NCBI GenBank assembly: GCA_951406725.2
Contig: OX597833.1
Coordinates: forward strand, 11,160,001 to 11,224,000
DNA: 64,000 nucleotides
From: Octopus vulgaris
Lineage: Eukaryota
Direction: 5' to 3'
The translations under genes and the position numbers were made by a program. Positions within the stretch are counted from its first letter, which is position 1. Each line of letters opens with the position of its first letter. Below, one piece after another: positions 52,567 through 64,000 of this stretch. The notes below the pieces were generated by a model. It did not search any database. It saw only the letters and a program-made list of their open reading frames with translations, and was not told the DNA's origin.

Positions 52567-53740
52567 AACGGCTCGATTGGTCTTTCGCCACTACACTCGG
52601 TTCCGACGATCGATTTGCACGTCAGAAGCGCTTCAGATTTCCACCAGTGTTTCCTCTGGCTTCGTCCCGACCGGGCGTGGATCGCCATCTTTTGAGTCCC
52701 CGGCCGCATCATACACCTGAGTAGGAGCGGCAACGCAAGCGCCCGGAAATGCAGACGTGAACGCGCGTACTCGACTCGGGACCGATGCCTCGAGGCACTG
52801 CGCGCACGCTGGCGGTGATGACGACGCCCATAGCCGCCGCGACGACCGCCGCACGGGGAGGACGTGTGACGTTATTGCTTTGACTGTGTCATCGGAGTTC
52901 GTGAAGTGAAAGGCTGCAACGACTCGCAGTGGACTGGGACTCCTCTGTCCGTGTTTTAAGACGGGCTGGGTAGGTTGCCGATGCTCGTCGCTGAGCGGCA
53001 GGTACGCGCGGATTTTCGCGAGGGAGGCAACATGGCGAGGTGCGTTAGCCCATCTCCGTCGGTTAGCCGTGCCATCGATTTCGTGGAGCGACGGGCTCGG
53101 TCGAGAGAAGTGCGTCGGTCCTGCCCCGAGCCAGCGGAAGTCAGCAGCGGCGTGGCGCTGCCCTGCGACCTGCGGACTCCACGCAACTAGCGGCTCGACG
53201 GGAACTGGTCGTGACGACAGATCAGGGTGTAAGTGCGTCCGATGCCGGCGTCCCGGAAATCGAGCGCCGACAAGGCAGCAGACCACCGCCCGCGGAACGA
53301 GTTTCCTCCAACGGTGTGACTTTCCACAGACTGAGTCCCCACGGGAAGCAGTGGACTAAGTCCCCGCGCGATCGCAGTGAGTGGTCCTACCCGTTTACCC
53401 CTGGGCGGTTTCTCGAGCTCTTGAACTCTCTCTAAAGTTCTTTTCAACTCTCCCTCGCGGTATTTGTCGGCTATCGAACTCGTCGTCGTATTTATCCTTG
53501 GATGGAGCTTACCACCCACTTTGGGCTGAGTTCTCAAGCAACCGGACTCTCGGGCCGAAGAAAAACGCCGATCACCGCCGGCTCTGAATGGGACTGCTAC
53601 ACATCGACTGGCACTTGCATCACATCTCTCGACGACGAGATTCGGCGTTGGGCTTCTCCCAGTTCACTTGCCGTTACTTAAGGAATCCCGGTTGGTTTCC
53701 CGGTTGGGAATCCTGGTTGAAGATCCGCAGAGAGGAACGC
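50709..53740 (-). pseudogene. 28S: 28S rRNA pseudogene, 5' part
   Basis: Reverse-complement motifs TTTGACATTCAGAGCACTGGGC, TTTGCCGACTTCCCTTACCTACAT, CTATCCTGAGGGAAACTTCGGAGGGAACCAGCTACTA, GTTCTTTTCAACT; GC-rich expansion segments; many indels. Confidence 0.92.
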
Positions 53741-53744
53741 CGAC

Positions 53745-54100
53745 CGACGGCGGCGGCAAGTGGTGACCACAGAAGGGAGACAGAGGACAGGAGAAGACGA
53801 GACACACCGGACGGGCGGTACCGCGTGCGAAACCGTGCCTCACTTCCGTTCACTCTTCATCGTCGTGTTCTTCAGCGTTTCTGCTGTGCTCCGCTACCTA
53901 GTCCGCCGCGGCGCTGCGCAACGATGACGGATTGAGCGGCGTGCGCTAGTCAGGCGGGAAGATGGATAGGAAGGATGAGCTGCGGTGACATTGAGCGGTC
54001 CGGATGGAAGTGTCCGTCGCCGCTTCTTTTCCTTCCGCTTCCCCTGCGTGCCCTTTCCTGCGATTCCCGGCTCCCCTCCACCGCTAACGGTGACCGCCTT
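53745..54100 (-). other. ITS2
   Basis: GC-rich spacer between the 5.8S and 28S remnants. Confidence 0.7.
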
Positions 54101-54104
54101 CCGT

Positions 54105-54268
54105 CCGGATGGGGCCCCTGGGACGATGGGATCCCGGGGTCGCGATGTGCATTCAAGTTGTCGATGTTCACTGTGTCCTGCAATTCACATGAGTTCACGC
54201 GGTTATACCGGTATAACCACGTGAACTCGACAAGCCGGATGATCCCTCGTCCAGAGTTTCGGTATTTC
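54105..54268 (-). pseudogene. 5.8S: 5.8S rRNA pseudogene
   Basis: Reverse-complement TCGATGTTCACTGTGTCCTGCAATTCACAT; the conserved GATGAAGAACGCAGC is replaced by a palindrome. Confidence 0.88.
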
Positions 54269-54269
54269 C

Positions 54270-54778
54270 TGCTACAGAGTTTTGCGTGTGATATATTACT
54301 CGCGAACGACGTTACTGTAAAAGGGGGCGCGACACTCGACGCCACGCGTTGCCCGCAAAGGAATAAATAAAAAATATAAAAGCAGATGTTGAGTGGCGGC
54401 AGTGGACCAACGCGCGACTGCTCCCGGTAGCCGCGACGGCCGGCAGGCGGGCGCCGGCGAGCGCGGAAGAAGAAGGAAGGAAGACGGAGAGAAAATGAAA
54501 CGATCGTGAGACATCAAGGTGCGTATCTCCGTCGGCCGAGCGCGCTCGTCGGGCGGGTGCCGGCTAGCAAAGAAGGCGTCCGCGTTCGGCAGCGAGCGGG
54601 CGGCGAAATGCTGAAGGCTATCACCCGCCGCGCGAGCCCTGCACTATTAGAGGGCCGAAGAAAAGAAAGCGAGGAGTCCATCTGCAGCTTACGATGGGTC
54701 GGATCCTTGCAGTCGTCATGGTCGCCGGCGGCAGCAGCAGCGTAGGCGAGCGAGCGAGCTGGCCGGCTGTAGAAGCAG
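54270..54778 (-). other. ITS1
   Basis: GC-rich spacer between the 18S 3' end and 5.8S. Confidence 0.7.
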
Positions 54779-55960
54779 TAATGATATTTCCGCAGGTCCA
54801 CCTAAAGAAAACCTTGTTACGACTTTTACTTCCTCTTAGCGATCGGGTTCGGTCGTCTTCGGTCGTCTTCTCCATCAGAGAACTCGCCGACGACGGCGCG
54901 GAAACGCCACCGCACGGAAATACCACCGCGCGGAAACGCCACCGTGCCGAAACGAACCCGTCGTCCGGATCCGAGGACCTCACCGTTCGATCGGTAGTAG
55001 CAAAGGGCGGTGTGTAAAAAGGGCAGGGATGTAAAAGAACCGCGCCTACTGAGAATTCCTCGTTCACGGGATTGGTTCCAGGCCCCGATCCCTATCACCG
55101 GAGGTGGTTCAGAGGTTTCCCGACCCTCTCGGACCGGGGCAGACGCGCTCGCTGATACCTCCAGTGTAATGCAACATCAACTCCGGACTTCTAAGGGGCA
55201 TCACAGTTTCTGATACCCGTTCCTCTTAGAAGGGCTGCGTTCGCCAACCGACTGGCCCGAACTCGACTGTGTACCACCTCCATGATCGCTCCACCTACTA
55301 AGAACGGCCACGCACTGAATCAAGAAAGAGCTATCCTACCGGTGTCCGGCCCGGGTGAGTTTTCCTTTTTTGAGTCAAATTAAGCTGCAGGCTCCACTCC
55401 TCGTTGTGCCCTTCCGTCAATTCCTTTAGGTTTCTGTTTTGCAACCCCCTGGAACCGACTATGGTTTCCTGCGCAGGCTCCCCGCCGTGTCATCGAAATG
55501 AACGCCGGCGGTTTGCTAGTCAGCATAGTTTACGGTCGGAAATACGATGGCATCTGATCGTCTTCGAACCTCCGACTTTCGCTCTTGATCGAGGAAAATA
55601 TGCTTGCCACACGCAGTCGCTGCAGCGTGTCTTGCGACGATCCAAGAATTTCACCTCTAACGTTGTATTACGAGTGGCCCCGATCGCTCCCTTCGATCAT
55701 TGCCTCGTCGTGAACGGAGACCGACGGATGACGCGCGGACGAGGCCATTTTCCATCATTTATGCTTTTCCAATGCAAACCGGCGGGGCTCGCTCTGAGCA
55801 CTCTAATCTTTTCACAGTAAACGTACCGGCTGCCTCAGATACTCAGCCGAAGAGTACCCTCGGAGGAACCGTGTGGGTAGAAACGATTGGGAGGTGGACA
55901 GGCTACCGCAACGCGAATGGCAACACCCAACGACGCCTAACTCGTGACTCCTACACCGAA
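54779..55960 (-). pseudogene. 18S: 18S rRNA pseudogene, lacking roughly its 5' third
   Basis: Reverse-complement motifs GAAACCTTGTTACGACTTTTACTTCCTCT, GGGCGGTGTGTA, CCCTTCCGTCAATTCCTTTA, TCCAAGAATTTCACCTCT; truncated around V4. Confidence 0.92.
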
Positions 55961-56130
55961 CCACGCAACGCCGCCGGAGCGACGCAGCGTGAGTGTGAAA
56001 CGGCACGGAAGAAGACAAGGCAGGGTAGTCATTGCACGGTGATCGATATATATATATTTATATGTGTGTGCGTGTATGTGTATGTGTGTTTGTGTATATG
56101 TGTATGTGGAGGGAAGTGTGTATATATATA

Positions 56131-56467
56131 GTGACCCCCTTCGGTCAGACACTGACCATGGGTTTGCACCTAGAGAGTTACTCTCTGAGGCACAAGTCTG
56201 GGCAAGGTTGTTTCATGGAAGACCAGCAGTCGCCCATGCATACCGGCCTCCCCTCTCCACGTCACCGATGTTGTCCAAGGGAAAGGCAAAGGGACCGATA
56301 CAGCCTGGCACTTGTGACGTCGCAACTCATTTCTACAGCTGAGTGAACTGGAGTAATGTGAAATAAAGTGTCTTGCTCAAGAACACAACACGCAGCCCGG
56401 TCCGGGATTCGAGCTCACAACCCCACGATCGTAAGCTCGACGCTCTAACCACTGAGCCACGCGCCTT

Positions 56468-56470
<3 letters not shown>
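56131..56470 (-). mobile_element. SINE family D
   Basis: Reverse complement of 9060-9388. Confidence 0.85.
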
Positions 56471-56499
<29 letters not shown>

Positions 56500-58054
56500 C
56501 GAGGGGATACCCCCAAAGTAACTGGAAACATTCTTTGTGGGACAAGCCCCTAGTGGTTCAGGTTCCCGTCGTTAGAATCCACTTGATGCGACATCTAAGC
56601 ATCAATATGCTGACCGGCATCATCGAGTGAGGTCGTACTGCCAGGTGGTGCATCTTTGTTATGCAGTGTTCCTCCTCTGTTCGTCGATTTTTGCGATGGC
56701 TGAAACGAAGGAACAGTGTGCTTCAGTGAAATTCTGTTTTATGCTGGGGAAAACGACGTTCGAAACAGCTGTCATGAATCAAACAGCTTACAAGGACGTT
56801 GCCACGTGGGAAACACAAGTTTGCGAGTGGTTTGACGCTAGAGGAATGGTCACCTATCACTTGAACACCAATCTCTTTCAGGGCAACCGTCGACCTCCCG
56901 AACGAATGAATACACTACGAAAATTCCTGAACTGAAGTTGGAGGGCCACCACCGAATAATGGACAAATTTCTTGATATGATTGGTGTGTCGTGGAGCTTC
57001 TGCCCACGAATTTTGAGCGAGGAATTTTGAATGAAAAGTGTTGCTTGCTCACGGAAGATCAAAAGCAGACACAGCTGAGTGCGTGTCGTGAACTGAAAGA
57101 ACAGTTGGGAGTTAATCCGGACCCTTTTTTCGAAGCTCATTACTGGTAACGAAAGCTGATGCTACAGCTACGACCCAGAAGTCAATGGAAGCATTTGATG
57201 TCACCAAGACCCCAAAAGCTCGTGAAGTGAAGTCCAGTGTCAAGATGATGTTGATTTGTTTCATCGATGCGAAAGGAATTGCCACATAGAATTTCTTCCC
57301 CTCAGTGAAATTGTTAACCAGAAATTTTGCTTGGCAGTTCTGAAGCGTTTGCGAGTGGAGGCACATGGCCTAGTGGTTAGAGCAACGGACATGCGGTCGA
57401 GGGATCGCCGGTTCGAATCTCATACCGGGCGATGTCTGTGTTTATGAGCGAGAACAGCTAAGCTCCACGCGGCTCCGGCAGAAGGTAATGGCGAACTTCT
57501 GCTGACTCTTTCGCCACAAATCTTTCCTCCTGCATCTTGCAGCTCACCTGCGACGGACCGGCATCTCGTCCAGGTGGGGAACCTATAACCCAAGAAACCG
57601 GGAAACCGGCCCTTATGAGCCAGGCAGGACTCGAGAAGGAACAAACAACAACAATAAGCGTTTGCGAGACGCGGTGAAATGAAAACGTCCCGACCTGTAG
57701 CAAAGTGGAGAGTGTTGGTTTCATCATGTAAAAAATTGTGAGAGACTTTTTGACCATAATTGCATAACCCTGCTCACCTACCCTCCCCATACACACTATC
57801 TTGCTCCCTGCGCGTTTTTTCTTGTTCCCTCGAATGAGAAAAGTTCTTAAACGAAAACGTTTTTCAATTGTGGAACATGTGAAGAAAAAAACGTCGGTGA
57901 AGTTGAAAGGCATCGCTACGCAAAAGTTCCAACGCGTCTCAACCGATGCATTGCTTCAAATGGAGAATATTTTGAAGGCGGCAAAAATATAAACGTAAAA
58001 CTAAGTGAAGAAAATAATATCACAAAATTCCACTGTCTTTTGGACACCTCCTCG
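56500..58054 (+). mobile_element. Degenerate mariner transposon interrupted by a SINE
   Basis: Imperfect TIRs TA|CGAGGGGATACC...GGACACCTCCTCG|TA; residual peptides EQCASVKFCFMLGKT, ITGNES*CYSYDPE, VKMMLICF, FFLFPRMRKVLKRKRF. Confidence 0.85.
57356..57655 (+). mobile_element. SINE family C variant with (CAA)n tail and 13-bp TSD
   Basis: TSD AAGCGTTTGCGAG at 57343-57355 and 57656-57668. Confidence 0.92.
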
Positions 58055-58779
58055 TATACATAGGGAGAGTGAGGGACATATACACACGAAAGAAGAGAGC
58101 GCTCATTATCTGTTAACGATTTTAATGTTCGCGTGTATGCGTATGTGCATGTGCGCGTGTGCGTGCTTATTAATTGATTGATTCTAGTTTCAGCTCACGA
58201 GCTGTGGCCATGCTGGGGCACCGCCATTTGGTATTTATATTTATATTCGTTACACACATTCAGCCGGCGAGCATGCCCTGTATTCTCGTCTAAAAAGCTA
58301 ATGTAATTAAAAAAGACTCCACTAAAATTTACTAACACATGGAAAGAAGAATACGTCAGATCCTCGTCCAAGAATTTCCCAACATTTGAGTAGAACTCAG
58401 TGGCAGGTAAAACACTGACAAAATCATGTGGAACCAACAGCCAATGAGAACGAGCCTTATTCACATGCATCACAAAGCAATAACGATCAATCTGATGTAG
58501 ATGCTATGATCCAAACGACCGGTTGTGTTCCTTGCATCTTGGTGTACCTTATATTTTGCTCCAAACGATCACAAATGCCGTGTAGATCATAGTAAATGAA
58601 ATAATCCAAGTTGTGTATGAATTGTTATGAAATGTAAACTGATTTGAAATGAACCTGCTCACCTATAGCCAGCGGTGTAACATCATTCAAAAGATGAAAA
58701 ACACATGCACAATGCATCGTGCCCGGCTATGTGTGACAACGTCCGATAGTTTGATCCATCACGGGATATATGTGTATAT

Positions 58780-58784
58780 ATACA

Positions 58785-58864
<80 letters not shown>

Positions 58865-58902
58865 GCATGCATACACACACATGACATTCATGCATTCATA
58901 TG

Positions 58903-58934
<32 letters not shown>

Positions 58935-59122
58935 CATATACATATATATACGTATATATATACATCGTATATATATATATATATACGAATACACACATAT
59001 GTATTTGTGTGTACATATATACATCGTAGTTATAGACACACACCCATATATATATATATATATGTATGAATGTATGTATATATATATATATATGCATACA
59101 TACATATATATATATATATATA

Positions 59123-59209
<87 letters not shown>

Positions 59210-59236
59210 ATATATATATATAATATATATATTTTT

Positions 59237-59292
<56 letters not shown>

Positions 59293-59308
59293 CATATATA
59301 TATATATT
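58780..59308. repeat. Compound (TA)n/(CA)n microsatellite, one of many (also about 13240-14130, 19737-20140, 26333-26803)
   Basis: Directly visible. Confidence 0.95.
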
Positions 59309-60373
59309 CTGTGCGAATACATATGGGCAGAAGATGGATATTCTTTCTATGATTAAACGCAATGCATAATGAAAATATTTCTACCTGGATCACCTTTCCC
59401 CGTCATATTTTATGAGCGTGCAGTGTAACTCTTTCCAGTATATTCCATGGCGAAACTTAAGTTCTGTGTTTATTTAAAAATGTTTTTCATTGATTTTCTT
59501 TTACATTTGGTTTCGTATTATCTAAAGACGCTATCTAGATCACCTTGAAAGAAATAATTAGTTCATGCTTGTTTTTGTGTCAACTGTTCTGAAATTTAAG
59601 CTGATCTTTTTGTGAATATAGATATAACTTAATCTAGAGACAGAAGATGGGTATGATAAATTCACGTGGCAGTAGATACACGTCAGTTTTTTTTTTTTTT
59701 GTATTAAATGCTAATAAATCTGAGTTTCTGATGCGGAGTAGATTATTTTAGATAATTAAGCAGCAATAAGCAAAATATGAAAGAAATTTGATACAACATC
59801 TGTAAACCAAAATAACGTAGGTAATGCTGTTATGGATATTCTTATAGATTGCTATCTTTCCTGTTTTTGTTGTTGTTGGTGAACAGTAAGTTAAGTGTCC
59901 TTCTCAAATTTTCTTTGTCTAATGGCAAGACTATCTTAATATATTATTTGTAGCTAAGCCCGGATCTTCACTTCTGTCGGTTTCTTCGTAAAACACGATA
60001 TTTACAAATGATAAGAAAAAGGCAAAATTGATAAGAAATATTCCCCAGACAAAAAAAAATCAGTATGTTTTTGTAAATATATGCATCAACGTATACACAT
60101 ATAACTTCACATATACTTGTGTAGATACACATGCACACAAATATACACACGCGCACACTTGACCATACATACACGCACATGTACACACGCTTATAGTTGG
60201 TCACATACACAGTGGTAATTGTTTGAAACCAGGCCACCACTTTAATGATGACACCTTATTTCTGCTTGCTAGTTACAACTGCATCTTTCTTTGTATAAGG
60301 TTACTAATTTCATATAGATTGAAAAGGACTTTGCAGCATTGATTAACCTCCATTTAGAATAGATAACTCAAAA

Positions 60374-61701
60374 CAGATCCTTACCAGTTAGGATAACACC
60401 TCCAGTCCTAACTCGGGATAACAGATCATATGAATTAGATCAGAATAGGGATTGTTCTTAAGTGAGAAATCCTGTAATTGTCGGTTCTCCCAACTATGTC
60501 CGCTGGATGGGTTTTGATTATGTTATAATGTCTTATATAAATGCCGGGTAATAAAAACACATTCCCACCAGGCTAGGGTCTCCATTGGCGGCACTAATCA
60601 GATTGCGCATAAAACCGTATCTTTCGCTGTTTGAGACTGGTGACAGCAACTAACAAAGCTTTTAGAGACCAACACGTAATTACTAACATACGAATATGAT
60701 GTTCTCTGGACATAATTATTTCCGACATCTTTTGAGCTATTTTTTCACAATGTTTTGTACTACAGTTAAACATATGGAAACCGAAATAATAAAGAAACAT
60801 GCTAAAGTTTGCAAGAGACAACCATTGGACCATATTCCCCACCCCAACACAACCACATTTCTGAACCATGGTCAAATTTTAACTTCACCTCTTACCTATA
60901 AATAATAAACGAATTCATATTGTTTTCTTTTCTGAGACGTACGCCTGCCGTCCACTTTCATGAATCAATCTCCTAATTCTGGAAAATACTCTGAATTTTA
61001 GCATCATTTTGATAAGTTTTGCATTTGTTTATTCTAAATCGTATCTCACATGTTGTCATCATTAACATAGTCTACCATTTATTCTAGTTCAAAACTTGCC
61101 ACGCTCATTTATTGAAAGTTATTTGTTGACTCTGTTGCTCTCCGAGATCCTTTTAGCAACCCACAGATAGTTGTTTGTCCCTTTAGTTGAAGGCTTCTCA
61201 GATCTGTTTCAGAGATAAGTAGGAGAGGTAAAACCATCTTCGACATGCCTCATTATATTCGACATACAACCGATTCATATCCGATTCATCAGCGATTCAT
61301 AAGCAATTCACATAGCACCAATAGCTTCATTGCCGTGACACTGAATCTGTACAGGTAGGCAACGTAGTTAATTGACTTTGATTCATTGGAAAACGGAAAT
61401 AGTTTCACAGCGATATTTACTTGGAAGCGTGAAGTTTGGAAAAACCTTGCAGATAATCGTATATACTTGTACAAAACAGTGATCTCAGGTTACTGACCGA
61501 TCATCTTTCGATAGAATTCATTTCTGAGTATTGAATAATATTCATAAAGAATCTGGAAACTTGCTTATCTGAATATGTATTTTTTCACGAGATAATACCC
61601 TAATTTTCCTCAACCTTCTCTCTTTCCCACTGCTTCTCCCCAATTCTCAGTCTCTCTATCTCAATCTCTCTCTCTTTCTCTCTCTCTCTCTATCTATATA
61701 T

Positions 61702-61776
<75 letters not shown>

Positions 61777-63102
61777 CCTATATCTTGGTTTTGTCGGTGT
61801 TTTACCTGCCACTGAGATCTACTCAAATGTTGGGGAAATTCTTGGACGAGGAACCGACGTATTCTTCTTTCCATTTCTCAAATAAACCAGCACTTGCCTT
61901 GACTACCCGGAGGTTTATATAGGGATAATACTCTTTTCACAGCCACGGGTGCATCCCGACCGTCCGTTAATCGTACTGTGAAGGTCGTCCATAAATTCTT
62001 AAAGAATTATAATTTCTATTTCATTCGAAAGTAGCACTAAATAGCTAACTTCTTAGAGTAACACTTGGCTTAGATGCTCCCCTATGTTACCCTTACCATA
62101 AGCCGAACGAGTCCTTACTCTATATAAGTGTCTTGTCTAATCACCCTTGATATGCTATTAACAACATTGTCACTAGAATCGCTGTCAGGATTTCTAGCCT
62201 ATGAACTAATGAGGACACCTTTAATGATCATGCCCCATACTATAACCAGGCTGTCCGGAATAGCGACTTCCTCGAGATCTCATATAATTCCAGTACTGAA
62301 CTAAAAATAAAACTCGCGTTTCTCTTTCCCAGACTGGAATCGAAGCCTGCAAGTCTTAACTCTACCCATCCGCATCTCGTCAACCTACAACTGAATTCCC
62401 CATACGGCCGGTACTTTCCCGATATTCCGGCCACCTCCGAGGCTGAATAATCTCCAACCTTCTCAGGGTAGTCTGCCCATCATTACGTCGCGTTCTAAGC
62501 CCGCCAGGGGCAGAAATCTTATGGTTTGCGCTACCATTCTTTCATCAGGTTAAATCTTTATCCATGCTATTTTCCAAAATCCTGAACTATAATTTGCCAT
62601 CAAAACATAAATACAACTCCCATAATACCACTGTAATAAGTCTTCGATTAAAATACTGTACTCTACAATGCTAAACTTAAGATCTATAATCATCTCTTCC
62701 AACGGGTACAAACTTACCCACCTTACTGAGGACTCAACGAACTATCCACCCGGACTCCACCCGGACTCCACCATAACTCACCAGATATTACTATGTACTT
62801 CGGAAATCCTACTCACTTCAATAATAGCAACTCTAGTACAAGTAACCTTAACACATGACAGCGGTGACGCCCTCTCCCAGATCCATACCAGTTATGATAT
62901 CACCTCCAGTCCTAACTCGGGATAACAGATCATATGAATTGAATCAGAATAGGGATTGTTCTCAAGTGAGAAATCCTGTAATTGTCGGTTCTCCCAATTA
63001 TGTCCGCTAGATGGGTTTTGATTATGTTATAATGTCTTATATAAATGCCGGGTAATAAAAACACATTCCCACCAGGCTAGGGTCTCTATTGGCGGCACTA
63101 AT
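60374..63102. repeat. 225-bp direct repeat pair (60374-60598, 62878-63102)
   Basis: Near-identical copies 2504 bp apart. Confidence 0.9.
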
Positions 63103-63700
63103 ATATTTCAAGCGTCGCAGCCGGACTCACCTGAATTTATTCTCAAACGGGGCCTCTAAACTCACTACCTTCCTAGCGACATACATACACCACATCAAGA
63201 CCTAGAATATTCCCTCTATATATTATCCTGGATCGTAGTTTGTGAGGCTTTTCTGTACAACACCAACCACCGTACTTGTAAGTTGTGTTGCAAGTGTTCG
63301 GTCGCAGTCCTTCACCATCATAATACCTCGTTACTCAATAGGTTCTCTAATATTTTCTCTTGTAAGCACAAATTTTACTCTATTTTTGCTCATTACGTAA
63401 AGTCTTCATTGTTTTTCTAATCGTGGTTAAGCCCTTACTCATTAGTTCGTTATGCTGGCAGCAATTTCTTTTTTCATCTCCTTGTACCATTCTTCCCATC
63501 TCAGCATTTCTTCTTCCAGCGCCACCACTACCTCTGTTATTTTCATTCATTGCTAACCTTTCCCTCCCTATTTGTATGATCAGCTACCATCCCTAATTGA
63601 TTTAATATCAGCTTAGTCAGACTCTCTTAATCGACAGTGGCACTTCTTTTCACTACACTGACCTTAACGTAACCTTCTTCCTTGCTCTCTTTGTTTCATC
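61900..63700 (-). pseudogene. Highly degraded LINE (RTE/CR1-like) endonuclease-RT remnant
   Basis: Across frames: GSGGAGRRNAEMG (EN), MKNGSA, GKVPAVW, AGFDSSLGKRNASFIF...E...RKSL (RT); very degenerate. Confidence 0.45.
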
Positions 63701-64000
63701 TACTCTACCCCTTATTTTCTCCTTCTGTCATAGAAATACTCCACCCTCTCCTTGTCTTTTATTCTTATTCTCTATTTATGTTTCTTCTCCCTACGTTGCA
63801 CATATACTCTTCTCTCTCGCCCTGCCTTTTATTCTTATTCTTCCTTCTCTCTCTCTCTCTTCAACATTTAAACCTCTGGCACTACTATATGAACTGCTTT
63901 TTGCCAACTTTCTCACGATGTGACTGTTTACTGGTTGCATATTCAAGAGCTTTTAAGCATCCCGTCTATAATTTATGAACATTACAATTATTACGTAACT

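Noticed and set aside
50827-55820. Long Arg/Ala-rich ORFs over the rDNA
   Set aside because: Chance ORFs in GC-rich rRNA and ITS sequence.
46580-55960. Functional rRNA genes or a contaminant organism
   Set aside because: Core deletions and truncation exclude function; an internal host SINE shows long residence in this genome.

Overview
Repeat-dense animal genomic DNA, most likely an octopus or other coleoid cephalopod (inferred from the SINE families, the (TA)n/(CA)n load and the divergent GC-rich rDNA; not confirmed by search). The only credible host gene is the last two exons (421-495, 3424-3914, +) of a short-chain-collagen-C4-like gene. 1-27 kb is a nest of tRNA-derived SINEs, non-autonomous Helitrons, a near-intact mariner, and Penelope, Merlin and L1/Tx1 fragments. 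It also holds a 13-copy SINE concatemer inside one TSD, several fold-back duplications, and several type I hammerhead-ribozyme-like motifs, one with a compensatory U3-A8 core inside a 358-bp retrozyme-like unit. 27.26-45.38 kb is about 105 copies of a 173-bp GC-rich satellite with higher-order structure. 46.6-56.0 kb (minus strand) is a decayed orphan rDNA unit (partial 18S-ITS1-5.8S-ITS2-28S) with a decayed three-zinc-finger R2 retrotransposon at the canonical 28S site. 56-64 kb holds a second, degenerate mariner, possible GPCR pseudogene fragments and LINE remnants. Almost all ORF-track entries are artefacts of microsatellites, satellite or rDNA. Boundaries of degenerate elements are approximate.
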